DNA of 64,000 nucleotides from an uncultured archaeon (lineage in GTDB: Archaea; Thermoproteota; Bathyarchaeia; Bathyarchaeales; Bathycorpusculaceae). This document shows positions 43,053 through 54,577 of this stretch, one piece after another. The stretch's first letter is position 1. Each line of letters begins with the position of its first letter. A program made the translations under genes and the position numbers. The DNA is taken from NCBI GenBank assembly GCA_963782915.1, contig CAWALK010000024.1, positions 32,001 through 96,000 on the forward strand, given 5' to 3'. A model generated the notes under the pieces. The model saw nothing but the letters and a program-made list of their open reading frames with translations. It made no database searches and was not told the DNA's origin.

Positions 43053-43748
43053 TTGAGTAACACTCCAAAAATGACCCGCAAAGAATACATTAAATCCGCA
43101 GTTGCCATTGCCTTAATCGTTGCAGTTGTTTTAGGCTTCTTTGTTGGGTTACGGTTCGCCTTAAACGTTGAAGTGCCGGTTCGTGTGGTTGAAAGCGGCA
43201 GCATGTGCGTGCCCTACGGTTACTTATGTGATGGTTGGAGCCACACTTTTGCGCCAACCCTACATGTCGGCGACATAATAATCATCCAGGGCGTAAAAGC
43301 AGAAGATATTAACGCTAATTACCCAAACAGCGACATAATTGTTTACCAAAACCCAACCAACCCAACCGATACACCCATCGTGCACCGTGTGGTAGCGAAA
43401 TATCAAGTTGATGGCAAATGGTATTTCCAAACCAAAGGCGATGGCAACGGCGAAGACTGGCCAGCAAATGTCTCCGTTAACGAGTACGATTCAAACTCGA
43501 TTTGGCATACAGGCCAAGGCGTCCCAGAAGATTTGGTGTTGGGCAAAGTTGTTATGAGGGTTCCATTCTTTGGCCATATAACATTGTTTTTGCAGAAGAA
43601 TTCTTGGGGGTTGCCCGTGATTATTGCATTAATAATTTTGTTGCTATTGGTAGAATTTATTCTTCCGGTGATAAAGCCAAAAAAAGTTAAGCCCGCCGAA
43701 GAAGCGGGGGCTGGGGAAGTTCAGCAGTTTACATTAGTAAGCGGTTGA
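43053..43748 (+). CDS. Signal peptidase I (Sec11/ER-type)
   Basis: VESGSM, GDIII, PIVHRV and TKGDGN. Confidence 0.9.
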   Translation: MSNTPKMTRKEYIKSAVAIALIVAVVLGFFVGLRFALNVEVPVRVVESGSMCVPYGYLCDGWSHTFAPTLHVGDIIIIQGVKAEDINANYPNSDIIVYQNPTNPTDTPIVHRVVAKYQVDGKWYFQTKGDGNGEDWPANVSVNEYDSNSIWHTGQGVPEDLVLGKVVMRVPFFGHITLFLQKNSWGLPVIIALIILLLLVEFILPVIKPKKVKPAEEAGAGEVQQFTLVSG

Positions 43749-44292
43749 CGAAGTCTTGGCAGTTTGCATCTACGCTGTTACCTGAAACTATCTTTACAAC
43801 TGCTGTGAGCATTACTGGGCTATCGCTGGAAGGGGTGCTACAGCTTGTTCAACAGCGGTTTGGTTGCTGTTATCGACTTGGACACTGCCGTATCCGAAGA
43901 CGCCGACTGTTGCGTTTGCGGGTGGGTTGAGGCCGTTTAGGTAACTTTGGATTGAGCTTGCGGGTTTGCCTGCATAGATGGGGCCTTTGACGACGATAAC
44001 CGCGTAGCCTGGGAGGTTTGCGGCAGTAGTGCTTTTTACCCCTGCTAAAGTAACATCATAGCCTTTGTCCTGGAGGTAATAGCCGATTTTGGTTGCTACA
44101 TCTTTTGCGCCTCCACTCAGGCCAGGGTCATAAACAACTATTGCTTTTTGGGTGGCTGAGCCGTTGGGTAAGGGATGGGTGTCTGTGGCGAAGGTTCCTG
44201 CGACATCAAACTTGATTAAGCTGAAGCTGGCGATGCCAACAATGATTAATATTGCCCAATATTGAGAGAATTATTTTGAAGATTTTTTGCAT
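43729..44292 (-). CDS. Membrane-anchored flavodoxin-like protein (indels; not in ORF track)
   Basis: Manual translation MQKIFKIILS...KAIVVYDPGLSGGAKDVATKIG...IVVKGPIYAGKP. Confidence 0.7.
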
Positions 44293-44545
44293 TTTTGTTT
44301 TTTCTCCTTTTGGTTAGTGCTGGCTATTTCGGATTATCTGCATAAAAATCCTGCGCTTAAAAATTCTGGGACCTATTGCCCCATAATCTATCAATCGTTA
44401 GATATAATTATGCAAACCCAAGAAAATAAAAAAATTAAAAGAATTAACTCAATGCTGTAGTAGCCGTTAGAGGGAGAGAATTTTTGGGTGTGTGAGAGGT
44501 TAGAAGTGTCATAAAAATGGTGGTCCCCAAAATGGGGATTGGGTT

Positions 44546-47500
44546 TTATTGGGGTGTTTTGATTGGTTTATGTTTTCGTTTGCTAACGGCGATGGCTGCT
44601 ATGGCTATGGCGACTGCTATGACAGCAATTATGGCTGCGTACATTAGCAGTGGCGACTCTGAACCGGGGGTTTCTTCCGTTAAACCGTATCTCGATATTG
44701 TGCGTGCTGAAGTGCGTTGAATAATAGACATAGTAGTTTTCGCTGTCTTGTGTGTAGCTTTGGTTCTCTGCAGGTTGGCCATCGATGTATACGGTTATGG
44801 TTGTTCCATAAGGTATCTGGCTTTTTGGAAGAGTTATGTTGCCATATCCTGTGGTGCCGGTTTGGCTGTGACGGTAAGAAGACTGTGGTTGTTTGTGCTG
44901 TTTGGTTTGTGGTGATTGTTACATTGGTATATTGTGAGGTCGTTATGTTGCCGTTTACTGCTATGTTAACTGTGGAGCTGCCGTCTTTGTTGCTGAAATA
45001 GTATTTGTTGTTGTGGGTGCTGGCGTAGGCGTAACGGCTTCAGATACGGTTAGTACAGAACTTATGCCCGAGTGCCCGTTGCTGTCGGCTGCAGTTATCT
45101 TAAACGATCCCGCCTGAGTTATGGTGACTGTACCGAACCATTGTCCTTGTGTAAAGGCGCCGGAGGTTGATGGATTGAGGTTGGTTCCGTTTGCCGTCAG
45201 AGCAACCGTGCCTGTGAAGCCAGTCACAATGTTGCCTAAGGAGTCTAAGGCTACTACTCGGATGTTGAAGGGGTTGCCTACGGTCGCTGAATTAGGAACT
45301 AAAACAACAAAGCGAGCTACAGTACCTGGTGTAACTATCAAGATTACTGTATCTGTTTTGTGTTATAGGTAGACACTACGCTGTATGCGCCGGGAATTTC
45401 TCCAGTTAGGCTGGTGCCGCTGAAGGCTTGACCGTCGATAGTGTATGAGGCGCTGACGTTCCATGCGTTGCCGAATTCGTCATAGGCCGTCGTGGTGAAG
45501 TTGGCTGTGTCGCCCGCTGCAATGGTGGTGGCGTTGGCTGATACTGTTATGTGGTTGACGATGCTTGAGTGGGGGTTGATTGTGAAATTTGCTGTGGCAG
45601 AGTTAGTTACGCCCTGAGCAGATGCAGTAATGACTGGGTTGCCTGCAGAGAGGTCTTTGTAGAAAAAGGATGCAGTTGATGAACCCGCGGGAATAGTGAG
45701 GCTTGTTATCTGTTGAGTGCCCGCTGCGTCACTGTAGAACTTGCCCGAGACTAGAGTTGCTCGATAGGTTTACAATAGTGCCGGTGGTCAGGTTGCCAAA
45801 GAAGTCCGTGTATTGTACAGTTATACCTGGAGGATGTTTGGTTTACAACTAAAGTTTGGGTATTGCCTATGGGGAATGTGAGGTTGGAGGTGTAGCCTGA
45901 ACTGTAGGGGAGGTAATCATAGACTGTTCCGATGGATGAGTTGCTGAAGAGATCGAAGGGGGTGTCGATGAATCCGTCGTGGTTTGTGTCTATGCCTGTT
46001 TGGCTTGTGCCGTTGGGGTGTGCCCAGTAGTTGCCGCCAATCAAACTTCCGCTACTGTAGGCTCTGGTTCCAGCCTGTAAGGGCACATTAAAGATAAGTA
46101 TTGAACTGTTGAAGGGCAGGTTTAGACCGGAATTGTCTTCGATATAGCTGTATGGGTTAACGTAGTTGGTGTCGTTGACGAGGTTGTTGTAGAAGTACAG
46201 TTTTTCGTTGGTGTATGTGTTGGGTTCAAAACAGCATAGGAGCATTGTACTGTTGTTATCGGTGAACTGGTTGTTGTAGATAAGTTGAGTATAGTTAAAT
46301 TCTGGCTCTGAGACGCCCCAGAAGAAACCGTTGTAGTTGTTGAGGAAAATGTTGTTGCTTACATTACAGTCGACGTCGCCTAGGAAAAGTGCTGTGCCTT
46401 CCCAATCGGTGGAGTCTGGAGTTCCGGTGTTTTCGAAACAGTTGCCGCTTATCGTTTCGTTTGCGCTGTATATGTCCCAGAGTGCATATAGACTACAATT
46501 GTTAAACATTGAGTCTATGTATGTGCAGTTGCTGCAGTCTGCCATATCAATGCCTATGATGTTATTGTTGAAGCAGCATGTTGACAATTATTGCATTAAC
46601 GCAGCTCTCACCGCCGAGTCCTTCATCGTTTCCTTGGAAGTTACAGCCGGTAACACTATAGTTGTAGCAGCCCTGGCCAATATTCCATAGTTGGTACAGT
46701 CTGAAAAGTTGCTGTTTGTAATGGTGAAAGAGCTCTCAAGAGCCCTGATGCCATACCTTTCGCCTTGTATGTTAAAGTTTTCCAAAGTTAGATTTTCGCT
46801 GCGTGAAAGTATAATACCTGTTCCACTTGGCATATGCGGAGTAATGTCGGATTCGACCAGTGGAAGGATTAGGTTTTGGATCAGGTTATTTTGACCGTCA
46901 ACCGTGACGTTGTTGGCTTCTATGATTAAGGCGGTTCCTCTACCGGTGTATGGTGCGGTGATTCGGTAGTTGCCGGGCGAAGTAATTGCAGCAGGCAAAG
47001 TAATGTTGACCCAACTGTTTACGTCGAAGTTCAAACTGTAGGGGTGATAATCGTAGGCGGATCCAATTGATACATTGTTAAATAAGTTGAAGGCTGAATC
47101 AACGAAGCCATCTCTGTCTGCGTCTGTACCTATTTGGCTTAATCCTGTGCCGTCTGGAGTAGCCCAGAAGTTGCCGCCAATAATGGGGCCGCTGCTGCAG
47201 ATTCTTTCTCCAAGATGCTCTGTAGTGTTTAGGTTGAGGATATTACTGTTGATGGGCAGGTAATTGCCTGAATAAGTGGATGTTAAACAGGTTGGGTCAA
47301 CGAGGGCTGAGTCATTGACAAAATTGTTGTAGAAGTATAGTTTTTGGTTGGTGTTGCTGCTTGGAAGTTATAGTCAAGGAAAATTGTGTAGGTATTGTTT
47401 TGGAAAATGTTGTCGTTGGCGTTAAAGGTGTTGTTTGATGTTGGGTCGGTTACTTCCCATAATAATGCATCATAATTGCTGTCAAAGTTATTTCGGATAC

Positions 47501-48504
47501 TGTGCAGTTGCTGTCCGTTGCTTGAATTCCACCGTAAAAAGTGCCTGCCGCTAATCCGTTGTTTTTAATGTTGTTGTTATCAAAAGTGATACCATCCGAA
47601 AGGTAAGCAAGCCCTGCTTGAGAGTTATTTGCTATCTCGTTGTAGTCATAGTATCCCTCACTTTGATATGGAACTACTATGCCAAGGTCGCCGTTTCCAT
47701 CAATAATGCAATCCTCAACATACGAGTTATTTCCGTAACCAGTATAAACGCCCTCCATGCCGTTGTAGCTGCAGTTAGAGCTTACTAAGGCATAATTGCT
47801 GGATGCATAAACGCTAAAGCCATTCCACCCATTATAACTTAGGTCAACGCTATCGACGCGTAAAAGAGTCACAGTTCGTTGCATAGAAACCGTTGTCCTA
47901 CTGTGTTAGCAGATGCGTTGCATGAGTAAACCCCAAATTCGCTTGATGCGTTAGCCACGATACCGAACCAAAGGTTAGCTGATGCATTGCAGTTGACTAT
48001 TTGGAAACTGTTTGAGCAGTTTAAGTCTATGCCGTTGTAGCTCTTGGCTATGCTGCAATCTACAACTGTGAAGTCGGTGCAATTTGCAATGCTTAATCCA
48101 TCAACAAAGCCATTGGTTATGTTACAATTCTGTATAGTGAAGGTATTGCTGGAATTGACTTGCAAACCTATCTGGGCGCAGATCACGTTTAGGTTTTGTA
48201 AGGTTACGTTTGATTGGGAATCCATGTAAACGCCGAAGTCGCCGGTACTGTTTGTGGGCAAACTTATCGAGCAGTTTTGTCCATCAACCACGACGTTGCT
48301 GGCGCTAATGTTTAAGCCTACGCCGCTGCCTGACCAAGAGTCGCTTATTGCGTAGTTTCCGCTTTCTGTTATAGTGTAGGGCAACGTGATGGGTGTCCAT
48401 GTTGTTTCTGCCTTAGCAGGGGTGAATAAACCGCTTATGAATGAGATTGATAAGAGTAAAATTAATGTGTAAACTAGAATTTTTTTGGTTTTCATATTTT
48501 TCAT
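44546..48504 (-). CDS. Very large surface protein with NosD/right-handed beta-helix modules and Ig-like repeats (multiple indels)
   Basis: Signal peptide; two modules beginning W..ITLP..IT and ending GGN[YF]WA.P.GT...D...DGF.D..F...YDY.PY; C-terminal TM. Confidence 0.8.
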
Positions 48505-49284
48505 CTTTAATGAACTTTATAGTTGTATGGAATTACCGCTTGTCTTTGTTGGTGGAACTATATAAAATATGAGCAGTTCAGATACTGATTATTGGTTACA
48601 AGCACTAACATCCAAGCGTTAAATCCATTTTGTATAGGGGCAAATGGGGATGCGGTGGGTTTCCGCCATAGTACACGAGGGTTTTGTTGTTTAGGTTTGG
48701 AAATAGGCTTTGTTAATGCCCAGCTTTATCGTGCTGTTCAGATAATCAAAAATCTGGGAATAGAAGTCATATTGAGATTCCTAATTAAAGAATCTTAGAG
48801 AAGAGTCCGACGTATGATTGCGGATAACGTCGCAACCAACCAGTGACCCTGCACATAGATAGGCGCCAAAACATACTTCACAGCCAGCCAAGCCCCCTGC
48901 AAGAAGGTGAGCTTAAGAGGGTCTGTGTGTTGCAACTGGCGCGTGGTTGTGGTTGTAACAACAGTTGTAACTTCTATAATTTCGATAACAATGTTTGAAG
49001 GTTTTTCTTTTTTGTTCTTTGTGGGGATGGGATGCGTAGGAGTTTTCCCATCCCATCTGGTGGGTTGTGGGGGCGGTTGGTTTTTTGGTTTGGGCTGTTT
49101 TTCTGTTTGCGTTGGGATGGGGTAAGAGGCTTTTTTTGTCCCATCCGCATGCATGGAGCTATGTTGGGTGGGATGGGATGAGGATGGGGAAGTATGTTGC
49201 GCGTTAGCTGTTTTTTGTGTGGGTGGCAAAAAAAACGCTACACTGCGATAGCTGTCTTTAGTGGAAAAGAGAAGCGCAAGTTTT

Positions 49285-49338
49285 GTTAGTAGTTGCAACT
49301 ATTGTGGGGGGCACAGTTGCAGCAGCAACAACAACAAC
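49285..49338 (+). repeat. G-loop hairpin related to repeat module A
   Basis: TGCAACT-attgtggggggcac-AGTTGCA followed by gcagcaacaacaac. Confidence 0.5.
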
Positions 49339-49511
49339 TAACTTTCATCTTTTAATATGCAAGCAACCTACAACAAGACTTGGAGATAAGCAACTCTTAA
49401 AAGAAGACAATTGACCTGCATACATAGTGCTGTCTTCTTATTTTAGAAGAACAACAAACCGTTTTTCCAATTGGTGTTTTTCTTTAGAAAATAGAGAAAT
49501 TTGATCTACTG

Positions 49512-49600
49512 ATATAGGGGAGGAGGTAGGTCGGCAGAGCAGCAAACGCTACCTCTATGTTGCTATTTACAGAGGGGGGTAGGTGCCTGCAAAGCAACAG
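49512..49600 (+). repeat. Dispersed repeat module B, tandem pair
   Basis: atataggggaggaggtaggtcggcagagcagcaaacgct..tctatgttgc..gaggggggtaggtgcctgcaaagcaacag. Confidence 0.8.
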
Positions 49601-49601
49601 A

Positions 49602-50946
49602 CTATCGCAGTTTCATCAGGACCATTTCAGCTGCCAAAACCATCGGCTCCCAAGTTTCGCACAGTGGCGGCGCATATGCGGTGTCTGCTTTGGCGAGTTC
49701 ACGCACAGTCATGCCTTTCTGGATAGCGAAGCTAGGCAGTTTATGCGTTGTGTTACTTCTTCGCCGCCTATGACTTGTCCGCCGATTATGCGTTGTGACT
49801 CTTTTTCGACGACTAGTTTGACTTTGATGGGTTTAGCGCCTGGGAAGTAATCGGCCTTGGTTTTGCTGGTGATTGCGCCGGTAACGACTTCGATGCGGTT
49901 TCGTTCGGCAGCGGTTTCGGTTAAGCCGGTGTTGCCTGCTTCAATCTCAAACAGCCGTGTAACAGCCGAAGCTAAAAGCCCATGAACAGTGAGTAGTCGC
50001 CGCCTGCGTTTGCCCCCGCAACTTTGCCCTGCCGAACCGCAATCGTGCCCAACTGTGCGCACATGGGTCGGTGGGTGATGATGTTTGGGGCTTCAGCACA
50101 GTCGCCCACAGCGTAAACGTCTTTCACGTCGGTTTCCATGCGTCCGTTAGTCTTAATTGCTCTTGTTTCGCCCAATGGGATGCCTGCTTCGGCTGCGAGT
50201 TTGGTGTTGGCGCGGACTCCAAATGCGCTGATGAATAGGTCGGCTTCGATTTTTTCTCCGCCCGCCATAACCCCGGTAACTTTGTCGGTCGCCGAGGAAT
50301 TCTTCAACGCCTTTGCTGATGAGGATCCGCATGCCTTTTTCTTCAAGGTGTTCCTGAACCAGTTTTGCCATGTCCGCATCAAGCAACTGCGGCAGAATCT
50401 GGGGCAACATTTCAACGACAGTAACTTTCAGGCCTTGCTCCATTAAGCCAACGCCCACTTCCAAGCCAATTAAGCCTGCGCCCATGATGACGGCGGATTT
50501 TGCGCCTGCTTTCACTGCAGCCTCGATTTTTTCGCCATCCTCTATGCCGCGTAGGCTCAGGATGCCCTGTTTTTCTTTTCCCTTAATCGGTGGCATAAAT
50601 GAATCTGCGCCAGTAGCAATCACGAGGCTGTCGTAGGGCATCGTTTCGGTTGCGCCTTCTTTGGTTTGGATCGTCACAGTTTTTTCTTTGGTGTTAATCG
50701 CGGTGGCTTTGGTTTCGTTCTTCAAGTTGAGCTTGAGCATCTGGAAGTACGCTGGAGGATAAACAATCAAGTCCTTGAAATTTGCGATTTGTCCGCCGAT
50801 AACAAAGGGTAAGCCGCAGCGCAGTAACCCGCGTTTTTTTCTTGGGTAATTAGGGTGATTTCTGCTGTGCGGTCTTTTTTGCGTGCTGCAGAGGCTGCTT
50901 CAACGCCGGCAGCGTTTGCGCCGATAACGATTACGCGTCTAGCCAT
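49602..50946 (-). CDS. FAD-dependent NADH oxidase / CoA-disulfide reductase family protein (indels)
   Basis: IGANAAG, RCGLPF, GAGLIGLE, YAVGDC and AYAPP. Confidence 0.9.
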
Positions 50947-50958
50947 CAAGTTCGCCTT

Positions 50959-51371
50959 CTATTTGCCTGGGTTGGCTTTGTGCCACTCCACGGCGGCTTA
51001 AAGTCCATGAGGTTGGCAAGTTCAGCTTGCAAATTTGCGGGTTTCACAACGAGCAGCCAGCCTTTGCCGTATGGGTCTTCGTTGAGGGTTTCGGGTTTGG
51101 ATTGGACTTCATCGTTGACTTCTTCGATTGTTCCGGTGACTGCGGCGATGAGGTCTGAGACGGCTTTCACGGATTCGAGTGTTCCGTATGGTTCGTTCTG
51201 TTTTACTTGTGCGCCTGCGCTTGGCAATTCGGCGTAAACGATTTCGCGCAGGGATTTCTGTGCGTAGTCGGTTATGCCCATGCGGACTTTGTCGCCTTCT
51301 ATTTTGATCCATTCAAAATCTTTGCTGTAGTAGAGGCCTTCTGGTACTTCGTATGCTTCAACTTTAACCAT
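50959..51371 (-). CDS. gcvH: Glycine cleavage H-like lipoyl-carrier protein
   Basis: GITDYAQ, ESVKAVSD (lipoyl-Lys) and LNEDPYGKGW. Confidence 0.92.
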
Positions 51372-51451
51372 GTACTTGAACCTTCTAGTATTTCCTTGAA
51401 GAGACAAGTCGGGAAGGATATAAAAGGTTTACAAAAGGGAAAGAGATGGGT

Positions 51452-52538
51452 TTAGCGTTCCCGTTTGCCTGCTATCCAGTCTTCAGTCCATTGCCTGGCT
51501 TGGTTGTCTGGCACTTGCACGGGTGGATGCTTGAAGGCGTATGATGGCATGCTTAGGAGGGCGCCGGCTGATTTTGCGGTCTAAGGCGATTTTTGCTGCG
51601 CGGATGAGGTCGATGACTACTCCTGCGCTGTTGGGTGAGTCTTCGACTTCGAGTTTTGCGCTGATTATTATGGGTCGGTCGCCGAAAGCGCGGGTTTTGA
51701 GTGAAAGGTAACAGATTTTTTTGTTTTCCAGGAACGGTACGAAGTCGCTGGGTCCGATGCGGGTGGGCAATCGTATGGGACAAGGCTGGTGACGGCTTCG
51801 GTTTTGCTGATGCGTTTAGATTTGAGGCGGCCTTCGACGGTCATGTTCTGGAAGTCTGTGTCTCCGCCTAGGTTAAGTTGATAAGTTTCATCCACGATTG
51901 CTCCTCGGTCAAGGCAAAGCCTGACGAGAGTGCGGTGGAGGATGGTTGCGCCAACTTGGCTTTTGATGTCGTCGCCCAAAACTGGCAAGCCTGCTTTTTC
52001 GAATTTTTTGGGCCACTCTTTTGATTGCGTCGCTGCCGATGAATTCGGGCATGCAGTTCACAAACGCGCATCCTGCGTCTATGGCGCATTGCGCGTAGAA
52101 GCGGACTGCGTCGTGGCTGCCGACTGGGAGATAGTTTACTAGAACTTGGGTTTTGGCGTCTTTGAGGGTTTTGACGATGCTTTCTTTGGTGGTTTTGCTG
52201 TCGTCGTAGACGTTGAAGGTTTCCCGCATGTGTGGTGCGACGCCGTCAAGGATTGGTGGCGGGTGAAACTTTTACGCCTAGGTTGGGGACATCGGCGAAT
52301 TTTGCGCAGCAGTTGGGCTTAACCCAGATGGCTTCTGAGAGGTCTTTGCCGATTTTGTCTTTGTTAACTTCAAAAGCCGCGACGAAGTATATGTCCCGTA
52401 TGTGGTAGCCGCCGTAGTTGACGTGCATAAGTCCGGGAACGATGGTGTTTCTTTTGCGTCTTTATAGTATTGGGTTCCTTGGATGAGGGCTGATGCGCTG
52501 TTGCCAACGCCGACGAGTGCTACGCGGATTTCAGGCAT
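51452..52538 (-). CDS. ino1: myo-inositol-1-phosphate synthase (indels)
   Basis: [32 protein letters not shown] and DSPNSAG. Confidence 0.93.
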
Positions 52539-52636
52539 GAAACAGTAACCATCCAATGCTTTGATTATTGAGGCTTAATGTTTGCGTACTCTATAACTTT
52601 TTCTAAAGAAACGCTCCAGTTGGCTTTGGAATAGAT

Positions 52637-52910
52637 TTCTGTTGCTTCGCCGCATCCTCCCCTCCTCTAAGGGTACGGACCTACTACTAGGTATTTTTTT
52701 TGGCTATATATGGTTTTTATAGTTGTTGTTGCTGCAAAGCCCCTATACTCTACAACAACCCCAGGGGTTTTGATTATTTTCTAGGTAGAATATAATAGCA
52801 ACTGACATTACTTATTCAATCATCTATAACAGGTATTGCAAGCCGGCTGCGTTTTGGTTTCTGCCCGTTTGGGATGCTATGCGGGTTGGCCCGTGGAAGC
52901 AAATCACAAG
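52637..52910 (-). repeat. Dispersed repeat: module A (with ~80 bp insert), hairpin and module B
   Basis: Reverse complement cttgtgatttgcttccac...catcccaaacgggcagaaacc; gttgttgtagagtataggggctttgcagcaacaac; tagaggaggggaggatgcggcgaagcaacag. Confidence 0.72.
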
Positions 52911-52975
52911 CAGAACCGATTTTTTGTTTACAGATAAAATAATCCCCAGAGACAAAAAGCAATTAAAAAACTAAA

Positions 52976-53660
52976 TCAGCGCAGAATGACGCCACAACTC
53001 TTGATGAACTCGAGTACTTCAGGTGAAGGAATCAACAGCGAAATCGCAAGAAAATTTTGACTCCATCCGAACTTTTTTCGCCATTGCGCACCCTTGCCTG
53101 AAGCCCAACCACCTTGCCATCCACAGTAAAAAACGGGCACCCACTCGAACCCCCATACATCACCCGATCAACCTCATACCAAGAAATCAACCTACCCGAA
53201 ACCCCCTCAGTAATGTAAGCAGAGATAAACGCGCCTTGGAACCGCTCAGTAAAACCATAAGACACCCTGCCATTTTCAGAGGCGACGACGGAGAGCGGAA
53301 ACCCCAAACTACCACAACTTACCCCCGAAGCAACAATCTCCTCAGCAAGACTGGCACATTGCCCCGAGCATTCGCCTTCAATTTTCAACAGGGCAAGGTC
53401 CCTAACCGCATCCTCACGGACAAGACTCGCCGACACAGCGTTTTTCCCAATATCAGGCGACCGAATAACCTCAAAAGTCCGATGACGACCATTCGCCACC
53501 GCCCCGTCCAAATGCAGAATATGCGCATTAGTAACCACAAAACCAGGCGCCACCATAACCCCCGAACCCAAACAATGATTAGTAGACGCCCCAAAAACAT
53601 AGACCGAGCAATTATACCATACAACGCTTCCCTAACTTCAGCGGCAGCAGTACGAAACAT
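52976..53660 (-). CDS. Trypsin-like serine protease (indels)
   Basis: GSG....VTNAH, DLALLKI and GGSSGCP catalytic triad motifs. Confidence 0.85.
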
Positions 53661-53789
53661 AAACTAAATGTAGGCAGTTTGAGCGATTTGTGTCTTGCGG
53701 CTAAATAATTAATACCAAAAATAGCACCTACTTTCTTGTGTATGGCAAAATTAAAAGGGAACCACAACCACATTAGGGTTAACTAACAT

Positions 53790-54173
53790 GTGGATGAGTG
53801 TGTTATGAGCATTAATGGCGTTTCTATTTCGTATGAGCCCTTTAAAGAAATTGTGATTATGGAGAAAACCCGTTTTGGCAGCGCTGAAGAGATTGCGCGT
53901 TTTACCTCGGTTATTGCCGGGGGTAAGTTGGCGGGGCTTTACTGGGTTGAGGGCGTTGTGTTTTTGTATTTCCCACTCACCGCATCCAACACCGCAGTAG
54001 CCAAGGAACTGCTCGAAAAACGGCGTGTTTACTGGACTTTTGTCGGTTATGCACCCATGCCACGGTATCTTCCAACGATTGAGACTAAGGAGAAGATGAT
54101 TGTTCCGGTCGTGGATATTTCAACTGACCCGATTTTGAAGTCAGTTGCGCTGTGGCTAAAAGAACAACCATAA
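53790..54173 (+). CDS. Conserved hypothetical protein
   Basis: 127 aa ORF immediately upstream of ribK. Confidence 0.75.
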   Translation: MDECVMSINGVSISYEPFKEIVIMEKTRFGSAEEIARFTSVIAGGKLAGLYWVEGVVFLYFPLTASNTAVAKELLEKRRVYWTFVGYAPMPRYLPTIETKEKMIVPVVDISTDPILKSVALWLKEQP

Positions 54174-54187
54174 AACTGTGAAGGCTT

Positions 54188-54577
54188 TTGCCTCCTCTAT
54201 CTTTTGAGGGCAGAATCTATTCGGGCAAGGGTACAGGAAAAACTTTTGTTGCCCTACCATGGGTCAAAACGCAGGTAGAGCAGAAACTCGGTTTTACACC
54301 TTACCCAGGCACCTTAAACTTACGTTTAACAGAAGAAGCTAAACTGAAAAGAAAATTGTTGGAACCCAAAAAAGGGTTGCGCATAGAACCCCAAAGGGGC
54401 TACTACGCCGGCGTCCTATTCAGGGCATCGATTGAGTGCTTGGAATGCGCTGTTGTGGTTCCGTTGATGCCCAATTACCCCGGCGACGTTTTAGAAATCA
54501 TTTCGCCGCTTTATTTAAGGGGAAAATTGGGGTTGATGGATGGCAGTTTGGTAACTGTTTGTGTTACCGTTTTTTAG
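54188..54577 (+). CDS. ribK: CTP-dependent riboflavin kinase
   Basis: SGKGTG..F, GFTPYPGTLN and LEIISP..LR. Confidence 0.9.
   Translation: MPPLSFEGRIYSGKGTGKTFVALPWVKTQVEQKLGFTPYPGTLNLRLTEEAKLKRKLLEPKKGLRIEPQRGYYAGVLFRASIECLECAVVVPLMPNYPGDVLEIISPLYLRGKLGLMDGSLVTVCVTVF

Noticed and set aside
53023-53667. 214-aa + strand ORF
   Set aside because: It is antisense to the trypsin-like protease, which carries the recognisable motifs.
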